Below, one piece after another: positions 1 to 9,400 of a stretch of DNA of 64,000 bases. Position 1 is the first letter of the stretch. Every line of letters begins with the position of its first letter. A program made the translations under genes and the position numbers. Under the pieces are notes generated by a model that had not been told where the DNA came from, did no database searches, and saw only the letters and a program-made list of their open reading frames with translations. The DNA is from Candidatus Altiarchaeales archaeon (lineage in GTDB: Archaea > Altiarchaeota > Altiarchaeia > IMC4 > SCGC-AAA252-I15): positions 65,376 through 129,375 of the forward strand of contig WJMO01000006.1 in assembly GCA_014727915.1 (NCBI GenBank). The letters are read 5' to 3'.

Positions 1-1755
1 AGGGCGGGTTGTTATGATGACGTGCTCGTCCGGCGAAGCGGATATGTAGATGGGCACGTGCATGGTCTCGGCTATGAGAAGGGCCCTGCCCATCGTCGAA
101 ATCTGGAGGAAACGCCGCTCGGCCTCGTTAAGGTGGAACCGCTCCACTATCTGGTCCAGCACTGACGTGTCCTGCTTGAGCAGGAGCTTGGTCGCCGTGT
201 TGGTGAGGACCGCCCGACCCGCCCTCGAGACCAGGACGTCCTCGACGTCCTGGGTTATCATGATTAACCCCAGGTTGAACTTACGGCATGTCTTGACGAG
301 GCGGAGTATGTACTCAGCCTGCTCCCCGGCGCTCAGCACGGTCCACGCCTCGTCGATTACCAGTATCTTCCGGGTCTTGCTCTTCTTCATCTGGGTGTAG
401 ACGTACTCGAGCAGCAAGAACATTATGGTGCCCTTGCCGATGTCAGGGGCGTCCTTTATGTCGAAGCTTATCATGCGGTTGCTGAGGTCTATCTTCGTGT
501 GCTGGTTCAAGAACCTCATCGGCCCGAAAACGTAGCTCTTCAGCCGGTTCACTATGGCCATCGCAGGCACGTATATGATCTCCTTCTGCGACTTGGTCAG
601 GGGCAACACCTCGTTGTAGAGGTCTTCGAGCAGGGGGGGCTCCCTGCTCCACGTCTTGGGATCCTTGCTTATCCCCTTCTCCTCGTAGGTACGGTCTATG
701 GTCTCGTCCAATATGGCCCTCTGGGGCTCGGTGAGCTCTCCGAGGAGGCAGCGGAAGAACGCGAGCAGCGACAGCTTCTTCTCGTCGTAGGTCTGGTCCA
801 TCATGTCGAAGGGGTTGATGACGCTGTCCGAGTCGGGGGCGATCCGTATTATGTCTCCCCTGAACGTCTTAATCAGGTCGGCGTACTCCGCCTGCGGGTC
901 TATGACGTTTATGGACACGCCCTCCATGAACTCGCGCATGAGTATCAGCTTGATCGAGTAGCTCTTACCCCCTCCTGAAGTGCCGAGTACGAGTATGTTG
1001 GGGTTGGACAGCTCGAACGGGTCTATGATGATTGGTATGCTGTTGTACTCGTTGAATCCTATGAGTATTCCGGTGGCGTGCTGTTCCAGGGAGGTTATGG
1101 CGAAGGGGAAGCAGGCGGCGACTGCGGTGGAGGTTATGTTCTGCGTGACTTCGAGCTTGTCAGCCCCTAGGGGAAGCACGCTCTGGAGGCCCTGGTACAT
1201 CTGGTATGCGGGGACCTTGGGTATGATCATTATGCTGTTCATCGTGTCCCTTATCTGCTTGCTGACGCGGTCCAGGTCGTCCTTGTTGTATGCTTTGGCG
1301 TCTAGGTAGAGGGAGATGTCGAACATCTTCTCGTATCCGGCCTGTATAACCTGCAACAGGTCCATTGTGTCCTGGTGCTGCTGCAGCAGGGACTGGGGAA
1401 CTATCTTGCCCTCCATCTCGAGGGCGTAGAGGTCTGTCTTCTGCTTCTTTAGCTCGCTCTCCAGCAGCTTTATGGTGGTCGTCTTCTTGTAGGGGCTGAT
1501 GTGTATGGAGAGGTCGAAGTCCAGGTTCATCTGTATTAGGCGGGTCAGCCATCCGGGGTCCACGACACGCGGGTAGTTGATGGCGCAGATGACCTGGTGG
1601 TATTTGGTTATCTGGATGTCGGCCTTGTGTATGTCAATGGTCGAGGGGGAGGTCAGGTACTCTATGAGGCGGTCCTCGTATTCGGTGTATGTCTCAACAT
1701 CGGTCTTAACGTTTGCCTCTTTCTTCTTGCCCCCGCCGATGAACGGTAGTCCCAT
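1..1755 (-). CDS. VirB4/TrbE/CedB-like conjugative type IV secretion ATPase (C-terminal ~585 aa; gene runs off left edge of window)
   Basis: Own translation of minus strand: ATG at 1753-1755 preceded by in-frame TAG; Walker A VLGTSGGGKS (around 960-990), Walker B ILVIDEAW, RKFNLGLIMITQ motif typical of VirB4-family ATPases; not in ORF track because it is open at the window edge. Confidence 0.75.
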   Translation of the reverse strand, partial: MGLPFIGGGKKKEANVKTDVETYTEYEDRLIEYLTSPSTIDIHKADIQITKYHQVICAINYPRVVDPGWLTRLIQMNLDFDLSIHISPYKKTTTIKLLESELKKQKTDLYALEMEGKIVPQSLLQQHQDTMDLLQVIQAGYEKMFDISLYLDAKAYNKDDLDRVSKQIRDTMNSIMIIPKVPAYQMYQGLQSVLPLGADKLEVTQNITSTAVAACFPFAITSLEQHATGILIGFNEYNSIPIIIDPFELSNPNILVLGTSGGGKSYSIKLILMREFMEGVSINVIDPQAEYADLIKTFRGDIIRIAPDSDSVINPFDMMDQTYDEKKLSLLAFFRCLLGELTEPQRAILDETIDRTYEEKGISKDPKTWSREPPLLEDLYNEVLPLTKSQKEIIYVPAMAIVNRLKSYVFGPMRFLNQHTKIDLSNRMISFDIKDAPDIGKGTIMFLLLEYVYTQMKKSKTRKILVIDEAWTVLSAGEQAEYILRLVKTCRKFNLGLIMITQDVEDVLVSRAGRAVLTNTATKLLLKQDTSVLDQIVERFHLNEAERRFLQISTMGRALLIAETMHVPIYISASPDEHVIITTRP

Positions 1756-1760
1756 CTAGC

Positions 1761-2678
1761 TCACCTCTTTCCTCCTTCCTTATCCGGTTCCGCCACGCCC
1801 ATAACAGGCTTGGGGGCCTCCTTCCACATCTTCCGGTACATGGTTATCGGGCTCAGGTATGAGTCGTCCAGTTCGAAGCTGTCCGTGAAGTAGGACTTGA
1901 AGAAGTTCGTTATCTGGTGAGTGCTCATGCGCTCCGCGACTATACCAGACAGGGACAGCCGCGATATCACCTCCTCGCACTGTGTTCCCAGGTAGTCGAC
2001 GGTCTCCTTCTCGCTCTTCTTCTTCTGGCCGTTGATTACGATGTAGAAGTGCCTGTCGTTTATCTTGTTTACTTTGATGTAGCTCCGCATGTACTCTGCG
2101 AAGTGCTCGTAGTATGCGAGGGCTATCTTGTCGTCCCTCTGGACTATCCTCCTCTTCAGATGCCGCAGATAGTCTTCGAGGTCCAGGTTCACAGACCGCA
2201 TGACTATCTGTATGGGGAAGTTCAGTGCGTTTACGAACTCCATGAAGCCCCATATGACCTGGTCCTTGTCCTGCTCGCTGAGCACTCCGAAGTTGATGGG
2301 GCGGACCTTTATCACTCCTAGCACCCGGGAGTCCTGAAGGAACACCGCGTCCGCTCGTATGGACTTGACACCCATGAGCTTCCTGGCTTCGGGGCTTATC
2401 CAGGATGTCTGCTTGGTCTGCTTCATGAAACCCACATAGTGGAAGAGGAACTCGTCCAGGTTGAAGAATGCTAGGCCGACCCCCAGCAGGGCGAGTATGA
2501 GCGCCACCGGCATCTTGACGGTGTCTGGAAGCTGGGGCATCTGAAAGTAGACTATGGCAGCGGCCAAGAGGCAGATTCCCAGGTAGGCGGACTGCTTGAT
2601 AGTGAGGGGGCCTAAAAGCCTTTCTTCATAGCGGATATCCTGGGGTATCTGAGCAGGCATCATTTTGATGAGCACCAA
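1761..2678 (-). CDS. membrane protein with 2 N-terminal TM helices + cytoplasmic domain, immediately upstream (5 nt) of VirB4-like ATPase; possible VirB3/VirB4 N-domain-like component
   Basis: 305 aa ORF; hydrophobic segments AYLGICLLAAAIVYF and MPVALILALLGVGLAFF; genomic context. Confidence 0.45.
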   Translation of the reverse strand: MVLIKMMPAQIPQDIRYEERLLGPLTIKQSAYLGICLLAAAIVYFQMPQLPDTVKMPVALILALLGVGLAFFNLDEFLFHYVGFMKQTKQTSWISPEARKLMGVKSIRADAVFLQDSRVLGVIKVRPINFGVLSEQDKDQVIWGFMEFVNALNFPIQIVMRSVNLDLEDYLRHLKRRIVQRDDKIALAYYEHFAEYMRSYIKVNKINDRHFYIVINGQKKKSEKETVDYLGTQCEEVISRLSLSGIVAERMSTHQITNFFKSYFTDSFELDDSYLSPITMYRKMWKEAPKPVMGVAEPDKEGGKR

Positions 2679-2733
2679 ACAGCCACAACCACGTTGAGTA
2701 CTTAGTTTTCACGGCTTAAATAGGGTTGAAAAG

Positions 2734-3930
2734 CTAGTAATACTCTTCCTCCTTGGCGAGCTCTTCCAGCCGCTTTATCTCCTCTTGGAACATCTTGCTG
2801 ACTTTCTTCTCCTCTTCGACTGTGAGGTTGTCGTATCCTCTGAGCTCCTCCTCATAGTCTTCCAGCTCCTTCTCCCGCTTCTTGACCTCCTCCTCCATCT
2901 TCTTCTCGGCGAATATCTCCTCATCGACGTCCTGGAACAGGCTCTCGAACTGGCCTCTAAGCTCCTTCCGGAACCATGCGAACTTGGGTTTCTTTGGTAG
3001 GAACCTGCTTACCAGCGCGTGCTGCCACCGCAATACCATGTTGTCGTAGTACCATCGCACTACCTTGCGGTCGCTGTTGCTGAGAAGGTCGTATGTTGAG
3101 ACGAATGTGAAGGGCATCGCCGACATGGCTCCTCCGCCCATCGGCCGGAGCCAGGTCATCCGGTCCTGGTCGTTTATGGACCTGTCCACTAGCTTCTCCC
3201 TTAGCATGAAACGCTGGGCCTCGTCCTGGTATAGCCTGGACAGCTCCTTCCTCTCCTTGGCTGATAGGTCTTGTGCGTGGGAGGCCAGCTCTCGTATCCT
3301 GTCTGTCCGCTGGTCTGATGAGTCCTCCAGTTGGTGGAGGTTCTCCACTTGGCGTTCCTCTATGGATTTCTCCATGCCTGACACCAGCCACATCCTCTTG
3401 TAAAGGTCCTTTAATGTTACTCCCTCCTGCTCTCCCTTCTGCTTTAGCTGGGCGTCCCATCTGCGGATCATAGCCTCCCGGACCAGCCCGAATGGTGTTG
3501 TGGCTATCGGCCGTATCTTGTGAAGTGGGGGCCGGCGTCCCGTTGAAGGCATGTGGGAGGATGACATTGACGCCAGCGACACCGCGGATGGGGGTGCGAT
3601 GGAGGGGAAGAAGGAGTCTGCGAATATGTTCCTCTCGACCGCCTCTTCCTCGTCGAGCCCGTCCCAGCGGGTCTTCTTCCTCTTGGATCTTCGGTGCTTC
3701 CTCCAACGCTGCGGGTCCGAGTCGTCTTTGTCGGGTCCGTCTCCGCTGACGGCCTGCTCTGATGATTCCAGGATCTCGCGTTCCATCATCTTGGAGCGTA
3801 CGCGCATGTCCTCGTCCAGCTGCGCGTCCAGCATTACGCGGCGCTCTTCGGATTCGGCGTCTAGCTTTCGTATATCCTCTTCTGTCTCTTCGGTCTCTTC
3901 CCGTATGCGCTTTTTGCCCTCGTCGGTCAT
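2734..3930 (-). CDS. highly charged (E/K/R/D-rich) coiled-coil hypothetical protein in transfer-like cluster
   Basis: 398 aa ORF, overlaps downstream gene by 4 nt (operon-like); no recognisable catalytic motifs. Confidence 0.5.
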   Translation of the reverse strand: MTDEGKKRIREETEETEEDIRKLDAESEERRVMLDAQLDEDMRVRSKMMEREILESSEQAVSGDGPDKDDSDPQRWRKHRRSKRKKTRWDGLDEEEAVERNIFADSFFPSIAPPSAVSLASMSSSHMPSTGRRPPLHKIRPIATTPFGLVREAMIRRWDAQLKQKGEQEGVTLKDLYKRMWLVSGMEKSIEERQVENLHQLEDSSDQRTDRIRELASHAQDLSAKERKELSRLYQDEAQRFMLREKLVDRSINDQDRMTWLRPMGGGAMSAMPFTFVSTYDLLSNSDRKVVRWYYDNMVLRWQHALVSRFLPKKPKFAWFRKELRGQFESLFQDVDEEIFAEKKMEEEVKKREKELEDYEEELRGYDNLTVEEEKKVSKMFQEEIKRLEELAKEEEYY

Positions 3931-5975
3931 TTCCTAGGTCTTTCCCTGTCGTCCTGGCTCCTGATTATCTTCTCCAGCTGGTTGCTGACAGCCTGCCATT
4001 CCGCCCGGTCCTTCTCGCTCTCCATCTTCTCCTTGACCACCTGTCGGGCGATGTTCATGTAGAACTGGTTACCTGCGAGCTGGCGTATCATGTCCCATCT
4101 CCTGTTTTCCAGCATGCTTACCATGTCATCGCGTGTCGGCTGCTTGTTCTGCTGGCCGGAGGGCTGTCTAGACGCCAGCTTGGGCTTTCCAGGCTCTAGG
4201 GGCGGGGCCTGTTCCGTCGGCTGCTGGAAGAATCCGGTCTTGTTCTGCGCGCCACCCTCACGCCTTAGGTCGGGCCTCATATACTTCACGCCACCCTGCT
4301 GTATGTGAACGTCCTGCCTCCCACCCACATGCATCGTATGGCCCCTTGGAGTTTCATCGTATGCTGTCTGGCGTTCGTCCCGGTCGGCTGTGCCTGCGGC
4401 CCGTGATTCTCCGCCTCCGCCCTCGAGTGTTGGCGCGCCCCTGCTCTTGGCCGTTTCGGCATATGATGATCCGCCGCCTACTGTCTTCTTGTCCAATGTG
4501 GTCCGTATCTCATCGCCGAATCCTCCGCCTCCCCTCTCTCCGCCGCCTAGGCCCCTTATCCTCCTAGCGGACTGTGAGGGCGTTTGGAATGTGGTGCCCG
4601 GCGCTGGAGCCTCGCCCTGTCCTTCGCCTCCTTGCCCCGGGCGCTGCTGCTGTTGCATGGACATGGCCGTGCGCCCGGTGCTGCCGAACACGGGACCGTA
4701 GCTGGTCCCTTCAGCCGGCAGCTGACGTCTTGAACCCCCACCACCTGCTGAGGGGCTCCCACCTGTCGACCCCATGAAACCGCCTGAGGGGGCTGAGCCC
4801 AGCGCGCCGGCCCCTCCCCTGAGGCCGCTTTGATAACGCTCGTATGCCCTCATCCTCGTGAACTCGGCGTGCGCGAAGGGTAGTGCGCTGGCTCCCTGGC
4901 CTGCAAGCAGCCCCCCTACCGCGACCATCCATGTCCTGCCTGACCCGAGGCCGACTGCTATGACCGCGTTCCCAAGCCAGGACATCAGCATCCCTGTGAC
5001 GAACGGTGCTAAGACGAAGAAGCAGATTCCTGCGACGACTATCATGCCCGCCAGGGAGTCGCTGATTATCTTTTGTATCGTCAGCGTGCCGCCTGTCATG
5101 ACGAGGCCGTCCATGGAATCGGAAAGCGTCACTGTGAAAGCGAGTATGAGAGCCTGTAGTGCCGGGGCGAAAACCCATTTTAGGGATGCGTTGAACCATT
5201 TACGCCCGTATGGTTTCGTAATCTCGAATGAGTACAGGAAGAGTATCATGGGGAAGAACACGCCATAGAAGAAGACGAGCATGTTACGGACCCATACTAT
5301 GATGGCTCCGAATAGTATGATGAGCGCGGATAGGTATGCGAAAATGCATGAGAGGGTGACCGAAACCGATCTTGACTTGGTCAGGCCTAAGGCTATCTTA
5401 TCCGCCTTTTTGCGGACGTCGCCGAACGGGCTTAGTTGCAGTGGCATTTTGAAGACGCCGAAGTTGACTTCCGGCTCATGGCCTTCCAGGAACATCCGGA
5501 CTATCATCTCTGACAGCTCTATCATCGCCTGGTAGATGAGGGGTGCGAGCGCGACCACGACCATGCCGAAGAGAAGGCGCAATAGCATGCTCCTGGCTCT
5601 CGCTCGACCGCGCGGGGATCCTGCTTTGATGACGAAGAACAGCCCTGTGAAGAGCATGGCGATAACGTAGAATGGAGCCATTATCCGGAACCACTGCTCT
5701 ATCAGGACGTCGACTCCCATCTCGACCTGGCAGCATCCCGGGCCGGGGTTAGTGGTGCAGGATGTTCCGGGAAGGCAGAACATCTGGGGGTTGTATGTGA
5801 GCTCTCCTATTATCACAGGCCATGTGATCGTTATGGCCAGCTGGGCGGGCAACATTATGACCGTGACCACGGCATCCCAAAGGTCGGACATCCCCAATGT
5901 TGCGGATACGGGGAGCGTCAGCTGCATCATTATGATGGCCAATGCCATCAAGCATGTGAGCCTATTCTTTCTCAT
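3927..5975 (-). CDS. polytopic membrane protein (VirB6/TrbL-like candidate) with Gly-rich low-complexity C-terminal region; N-terminal membrane domain paralogous to 6434..11431
   Basis: 682 aa; signal/TM N-terminus, many TM helices; shared motifs with the giant neighbour (SPRGRARARSML vs DPGQRARAKDML; FPMILFLYSFEITKPYG vs FPFTLFLYFFEYTRSFG; ...TLSDSM vs ...STDSM). Confidence 0.55.
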   Translation of the reverse strand: MRKNRLTCLMALAIIMMQLTLPVSATLGMSDLWDAVVTVIMLPAQLAITITWPVIIGELTYNPQMFCLPGTSCTTNPGPGCCQVEMGVDVLIEQWFRIMAPFYVIAMLFTGLFFVIKAGSPRGRARARSMLLRLLFGMVVVALAPLIYQAMIELSEMIVRMFLEGHEPEVNFGVFKMPLQLSPFGDVRKKADKIALGLTKSRSVSVTLSCIFAYLSALIILFGAIIVWVRNMLVFFYGVFFPMILFLYSFEITKPYGRKWFNASLKWVFAPALQALILAFTVTLSDSMDGLVMTGGTLTIQKIISDSLAGMIVVAGICFFVLAPFVTGMLMSWLGNAVIAVGLGSGRTWMVAVGGLLAGQGASALPFAHAEFTRMRAYERYQSGLRGGAGALGSAPSGGFMGSTGGSPSAGGGGSRRQLPAEGTSYGPVFGSTGRTAMSMQQQQRPGQGGEGQGEAPAPGTTFQTPSQSARRIRGLGGGERGGGGFGDEIRTTLDKKTVGGGSSYAETAKSRGAPTLEGGGGESRAAGTADRDERQTAYDETPRGHTMHVGGRQDVHIQQGGVKYMRPDLRREGGAQNKTGFFQQPTEQAPPLEPGKPKLASRQPSGQQNKQPTRDDMVSMLENRRWDMIRQLAGNQFYMNIARQVVKEKMESEKDRAEWQAVSNQLEKIIRSQDDRERPRK

Positions 5976-6429
5976 TATCGGCCTCCCGTTTACCGTGTTG
6001 TGTCATGAGGTCTTCACGGGCTTTCTCCGCTGCTGTTTTGAAAAGCATCCTTATGCGGCGTTCGTCGTATCCTGCATCTATCATCTTGGCCCAGATACCC
6101 TCGCCCTCTGCCTTCAGTTCCTTTCCTTTGGCGTGTTCCCCGGCTGCCCTGTCGTAAAGCTCCAGAGGAAGGGTGAAACCGCATTTTCCGCATATGTAGT
6201 TTTCGCCCTTGAGCACGAGGGTGTCCCTGCAGGCTGGGCACTGGTTCTCCTCAAAGACCTTTACCCAGTCGATGGTCAGGTGGGGGTCCCTCACCCGGGC
6301 TCCGTATTTGTGCTCTACAACATGCCAGTAGATGTCCTCGTGGGCGGTGTCTGAGACGCGGTGTAGGTACCGCCTTCTGAAGTGGTCTATCGCCTCCCGT
6401 TCAAGGTCTTCTTCTTTCGCCATTCTCAC
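5962..6429 (-). CDS. zinc-ribbon protein (C-x2-C-x15-C-x2-C, TFIIB-ribbon-like)
   Basis: 155 aa; NQCPACRDTLVLKGENYICGKCG motif; overlaps the upstream gene by 14 nt. Confidence 0.5.
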   Translation of the reverse strand: MRMAKEEDLEREAIDHFRRRYLHRVSDTAHEDIYWHVVEHKYGARVRDPHLTIDWVKVFEENQCPACRDTLVLKGENYICGKCGFTLPLELYDRAAGEHAKGKELKAEGEGIWAKMIDAGYDERRIRMLFKTAAEKAREDLMTQHGKREADNEKE

Positions 6430-6433
6430 CGTA

Positions 6434-9400
6434 TTATATTTGTGCGTGGGCTCTTAGCCATTCCCGGGTCGTCTCGTACTCGTTGATGGAGTTGATATCA
6501 TGGACTGGGACGTTGTTGGCGTCTGTTGCGTTCACACGGGCCTGTATGTCCGCCCGCATCTGCTGTAGCTGCTGTGCTTGGGCGGGGGTCATCTGCCCGC
6601 CGTATTGTCCTTCGAAGTATTCTGACAGGACCGAAAGCCGTGCCATGTTCATAGCGTCCTGGCGTGAGCCGTCGTATGTGGTCGCAGTCCTCTGGGAACG
6701 TTCGACCCACCTTTCCATCGCGGTTCCCAGGTCGTCGGGGCTTTGGTCTATGTCTACCATGCACCTCTCGTCCGCGCCGAATTCCCGCATAGTGTCTTCC
6801 ATGTTGGGCTGTCCGAGGTCCCATCTGACGCCTTCCCACGCGAGCTCCGCCCTGCTCCTGCTCCAGCCCTGGGCCGACATCTGCCTTTGTATGTACTCCT
6901 CCCTCGAAGTCTCCATGTTGGACTGCAGGCTTCTTTCCGCGGGGCTGTGACCTAGTTCGTGGGCCAGGTCCACAGACCCCAGAGTTTCAAGGTATTCGCG
7001 CATGTTGCCCTGGAATACCCGCTGCTGGTCCTGGAGGCTCAATCCTTCGGGTATCTGGCCGTGTGTCTGCCTAACCATGTGGGCGAGGTTCACCTGCAGG
7101 TTGACTCCGTTGTCTGACGCCAGGTTCACCCCGTGGCCGGTGCGCTCTATAAGCATGGAGTTCCCGTCTGATTCGTCATAGTATAGTTGTAGGTTGTGGA
7201 GGCTCATGTTGCCACCGTACTGTTGGAATGACTGCCACATCCGCGTTTTGATGGCTTGCAGGTCTGCGTCGGTCAGGCCTGCCTGGTCAGCCATTTCAAG
7301 CTCCTGCTTGCTGAAGTGTATGTTGGCGTCCGCTTCCGCCATCATCCGCCGGGCATCGTCCGCGTCCGATCCTATGCCGTACTCTGTGTGCAGGGATTCC
7401 GCGATGCTGGTCCGGTATGCGGTGGCCCGGGCCTGCATCTGCTTCTTGTATTCGCTGTGCTTCCGCTTCCTCATCTCTATGAAGGCACTCTGCAACTGGG
7501 CTTCGTTCATGGACATTATGGCATTCGCGTTCCCGGGGTCTTCCGAGAGCATGTAGTTGCGCACGTCCTCGGCGGAGATTGGTCCGGCGTGTTCGCTTGG
7601 CATGCCCAGCGCCAGGTCGGAGATGTTGTCCCTTGTGGCGAGCATCGCCGCGACCGGGGTTTGCATCTCGGTCTTCCAGTTCGGGCCGGCGTCCTCGTAT
7701 CTCCACTCCCCGAAGTGCCGGTAGGCGCGGTATTGGAGCTCAAGCTGTCCGCTGGCGTTCAGCCTCGCGCCAACTACCTTCCGGGGTATGGGAGCCCTGT
7801 AGCTCAGCGGGTCCACGGCAGTCAGGTTGAGAGCGTCATAGTCGACGTCCTGGCCTGCCTGGAGCTGGGATACTAGAGATGATACCTTAGCCTGTACCTG
7901 GGGGTCCTGCTGGTTCATCAGCATGTCCGCCGAGGTCCACTCACGAACTCTCGCGACCGCCACCCTGTCGCCGTCTATCACGTATACGCCGTTGCCCACC
8001 AGGGCGACCGGGGTTTCCACTCCGAACTCGTCTCTCACATTGATGGCTTGGGCGCCGACCTTCTGGCTCTCATTGACCCTCACAAGCTCCACACCCTCTA
8101 CTTCGGCTTCTGCCTCATGCGCTATCGCGCCGTCCGCAGGCCGGCCGTATTCGTCTGTGTCTTCGAACTGCCAGAACTTGAGCCTCCGCGTCTGCCCGAA
8201 CTCGTACCTGTGGAGTTCGTCGGCGGCCCAGTCGTCCCGGCCCATCATCTTGGACAGGTAGGGCATGTCGAAGTGGCTCATGTATACGCCTCCCTCGCCG
8301 TCGCGCTGGAGGTTAAGGTTCTTGGTGCGGGCCTTCACTATCGCCTCGTCATAGCTCATGCCGCCCATGACCATCGCCGCGACATAGTCTGCCTGGTATC
8401 GGTATTCCATCTTCCTCGCTGCGGAAGCGTATTTTCCTTCCAGTTTCATGAACCTGCGCCTGCGCATCTTCCCGTCCCGTTCGGTGAAGAGCACGCCGTC
8501 TGTGACGTTGGCTCCTGATGCTGCGGCGGCCTGCTGGGCTTCCGAGTAGTTGTTCCTCCTGAAGAGCCTCTGGTCATCAAGCGATGTTATGCCCATGTTC
8601 TTCATCGCGACTACGTCCAAGAACGCTCCCTTGTCCAGGCCCGCGACCAGAGCATGGTATTGGCTGGGGTCGGATTGTTTCATTGTCTCGAGAGCCTGCT
8701 CGTCCGCGACCTGGCCCGTCAACAGCAGCGCCCGGTCTGCGGTGCCCAAGAATTCCTTCTCGCCTTCTGTCCGGTTTGCGGGAGCCTTTGCCCAGCACTG
8801 GCTCCCACGGCACTGGTCCCATGACTTGTCTGCTTCTTTGACGTTTACTAGGTGGTCTTTGTCCATGCCCTCTCCCGTCACCACGCTCCGCTCCAGGTAC
8901 TTCTTCTTCAGGTTGGGTGGCATGGCATCGAGGTGGGTGAAGTAGGATTGGCGGTCTATGTTCCCGGCTATGGGCGTGCCTATGTAGTTCATCATGTCCA
9001 GCGTCCGGAACATGCTCTCCTCCATCGTGGCCATCTCAGACCTCCATTCAGCAAGCTTTTGCGTGTTCCTGTCCGCTGGGTCTTTGGCTTCCTCGCGCTC
9101 CGCTGCGGCTTCCAGTTCGCGGTGGTGGGCCTTGTAGAATGACATCTGAGCGGACCATTTGCTGCGCCAGTACATCTGCCTCAGGCTCAACCCCATCATC
9201 CCCCTCCCAAGCCATACCGCATAGGGCTGTATCTCCGAGGGTAGGTGGGATGTGGCGAATGAGGCCAGTATCCTTCCCACAGCACGGACCGGCATGAACG
9301 GGCTTATGGGCCTCATGGACCATAGTAGCCTGCCAACTCCCTTGGCAACGTCGGCCAGGCCCTGGCCAACCGACTGTCCCGCACCCTCATAGAGTGTCTT

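Noticed and set aside
50-1759. Plus-strand ORFs 50..400, 499..978, 980..1309, 1577..1759 and minus ORFs 443..652, 1160..1552
   Set aside because: They lie antisense or out-of-frame to the clearly motif-bearing VirB4-like gene on the minus strand. Composition (Arg/Pro/Leu-rich) is typical of spurious ORFs in GC-rich DNA.
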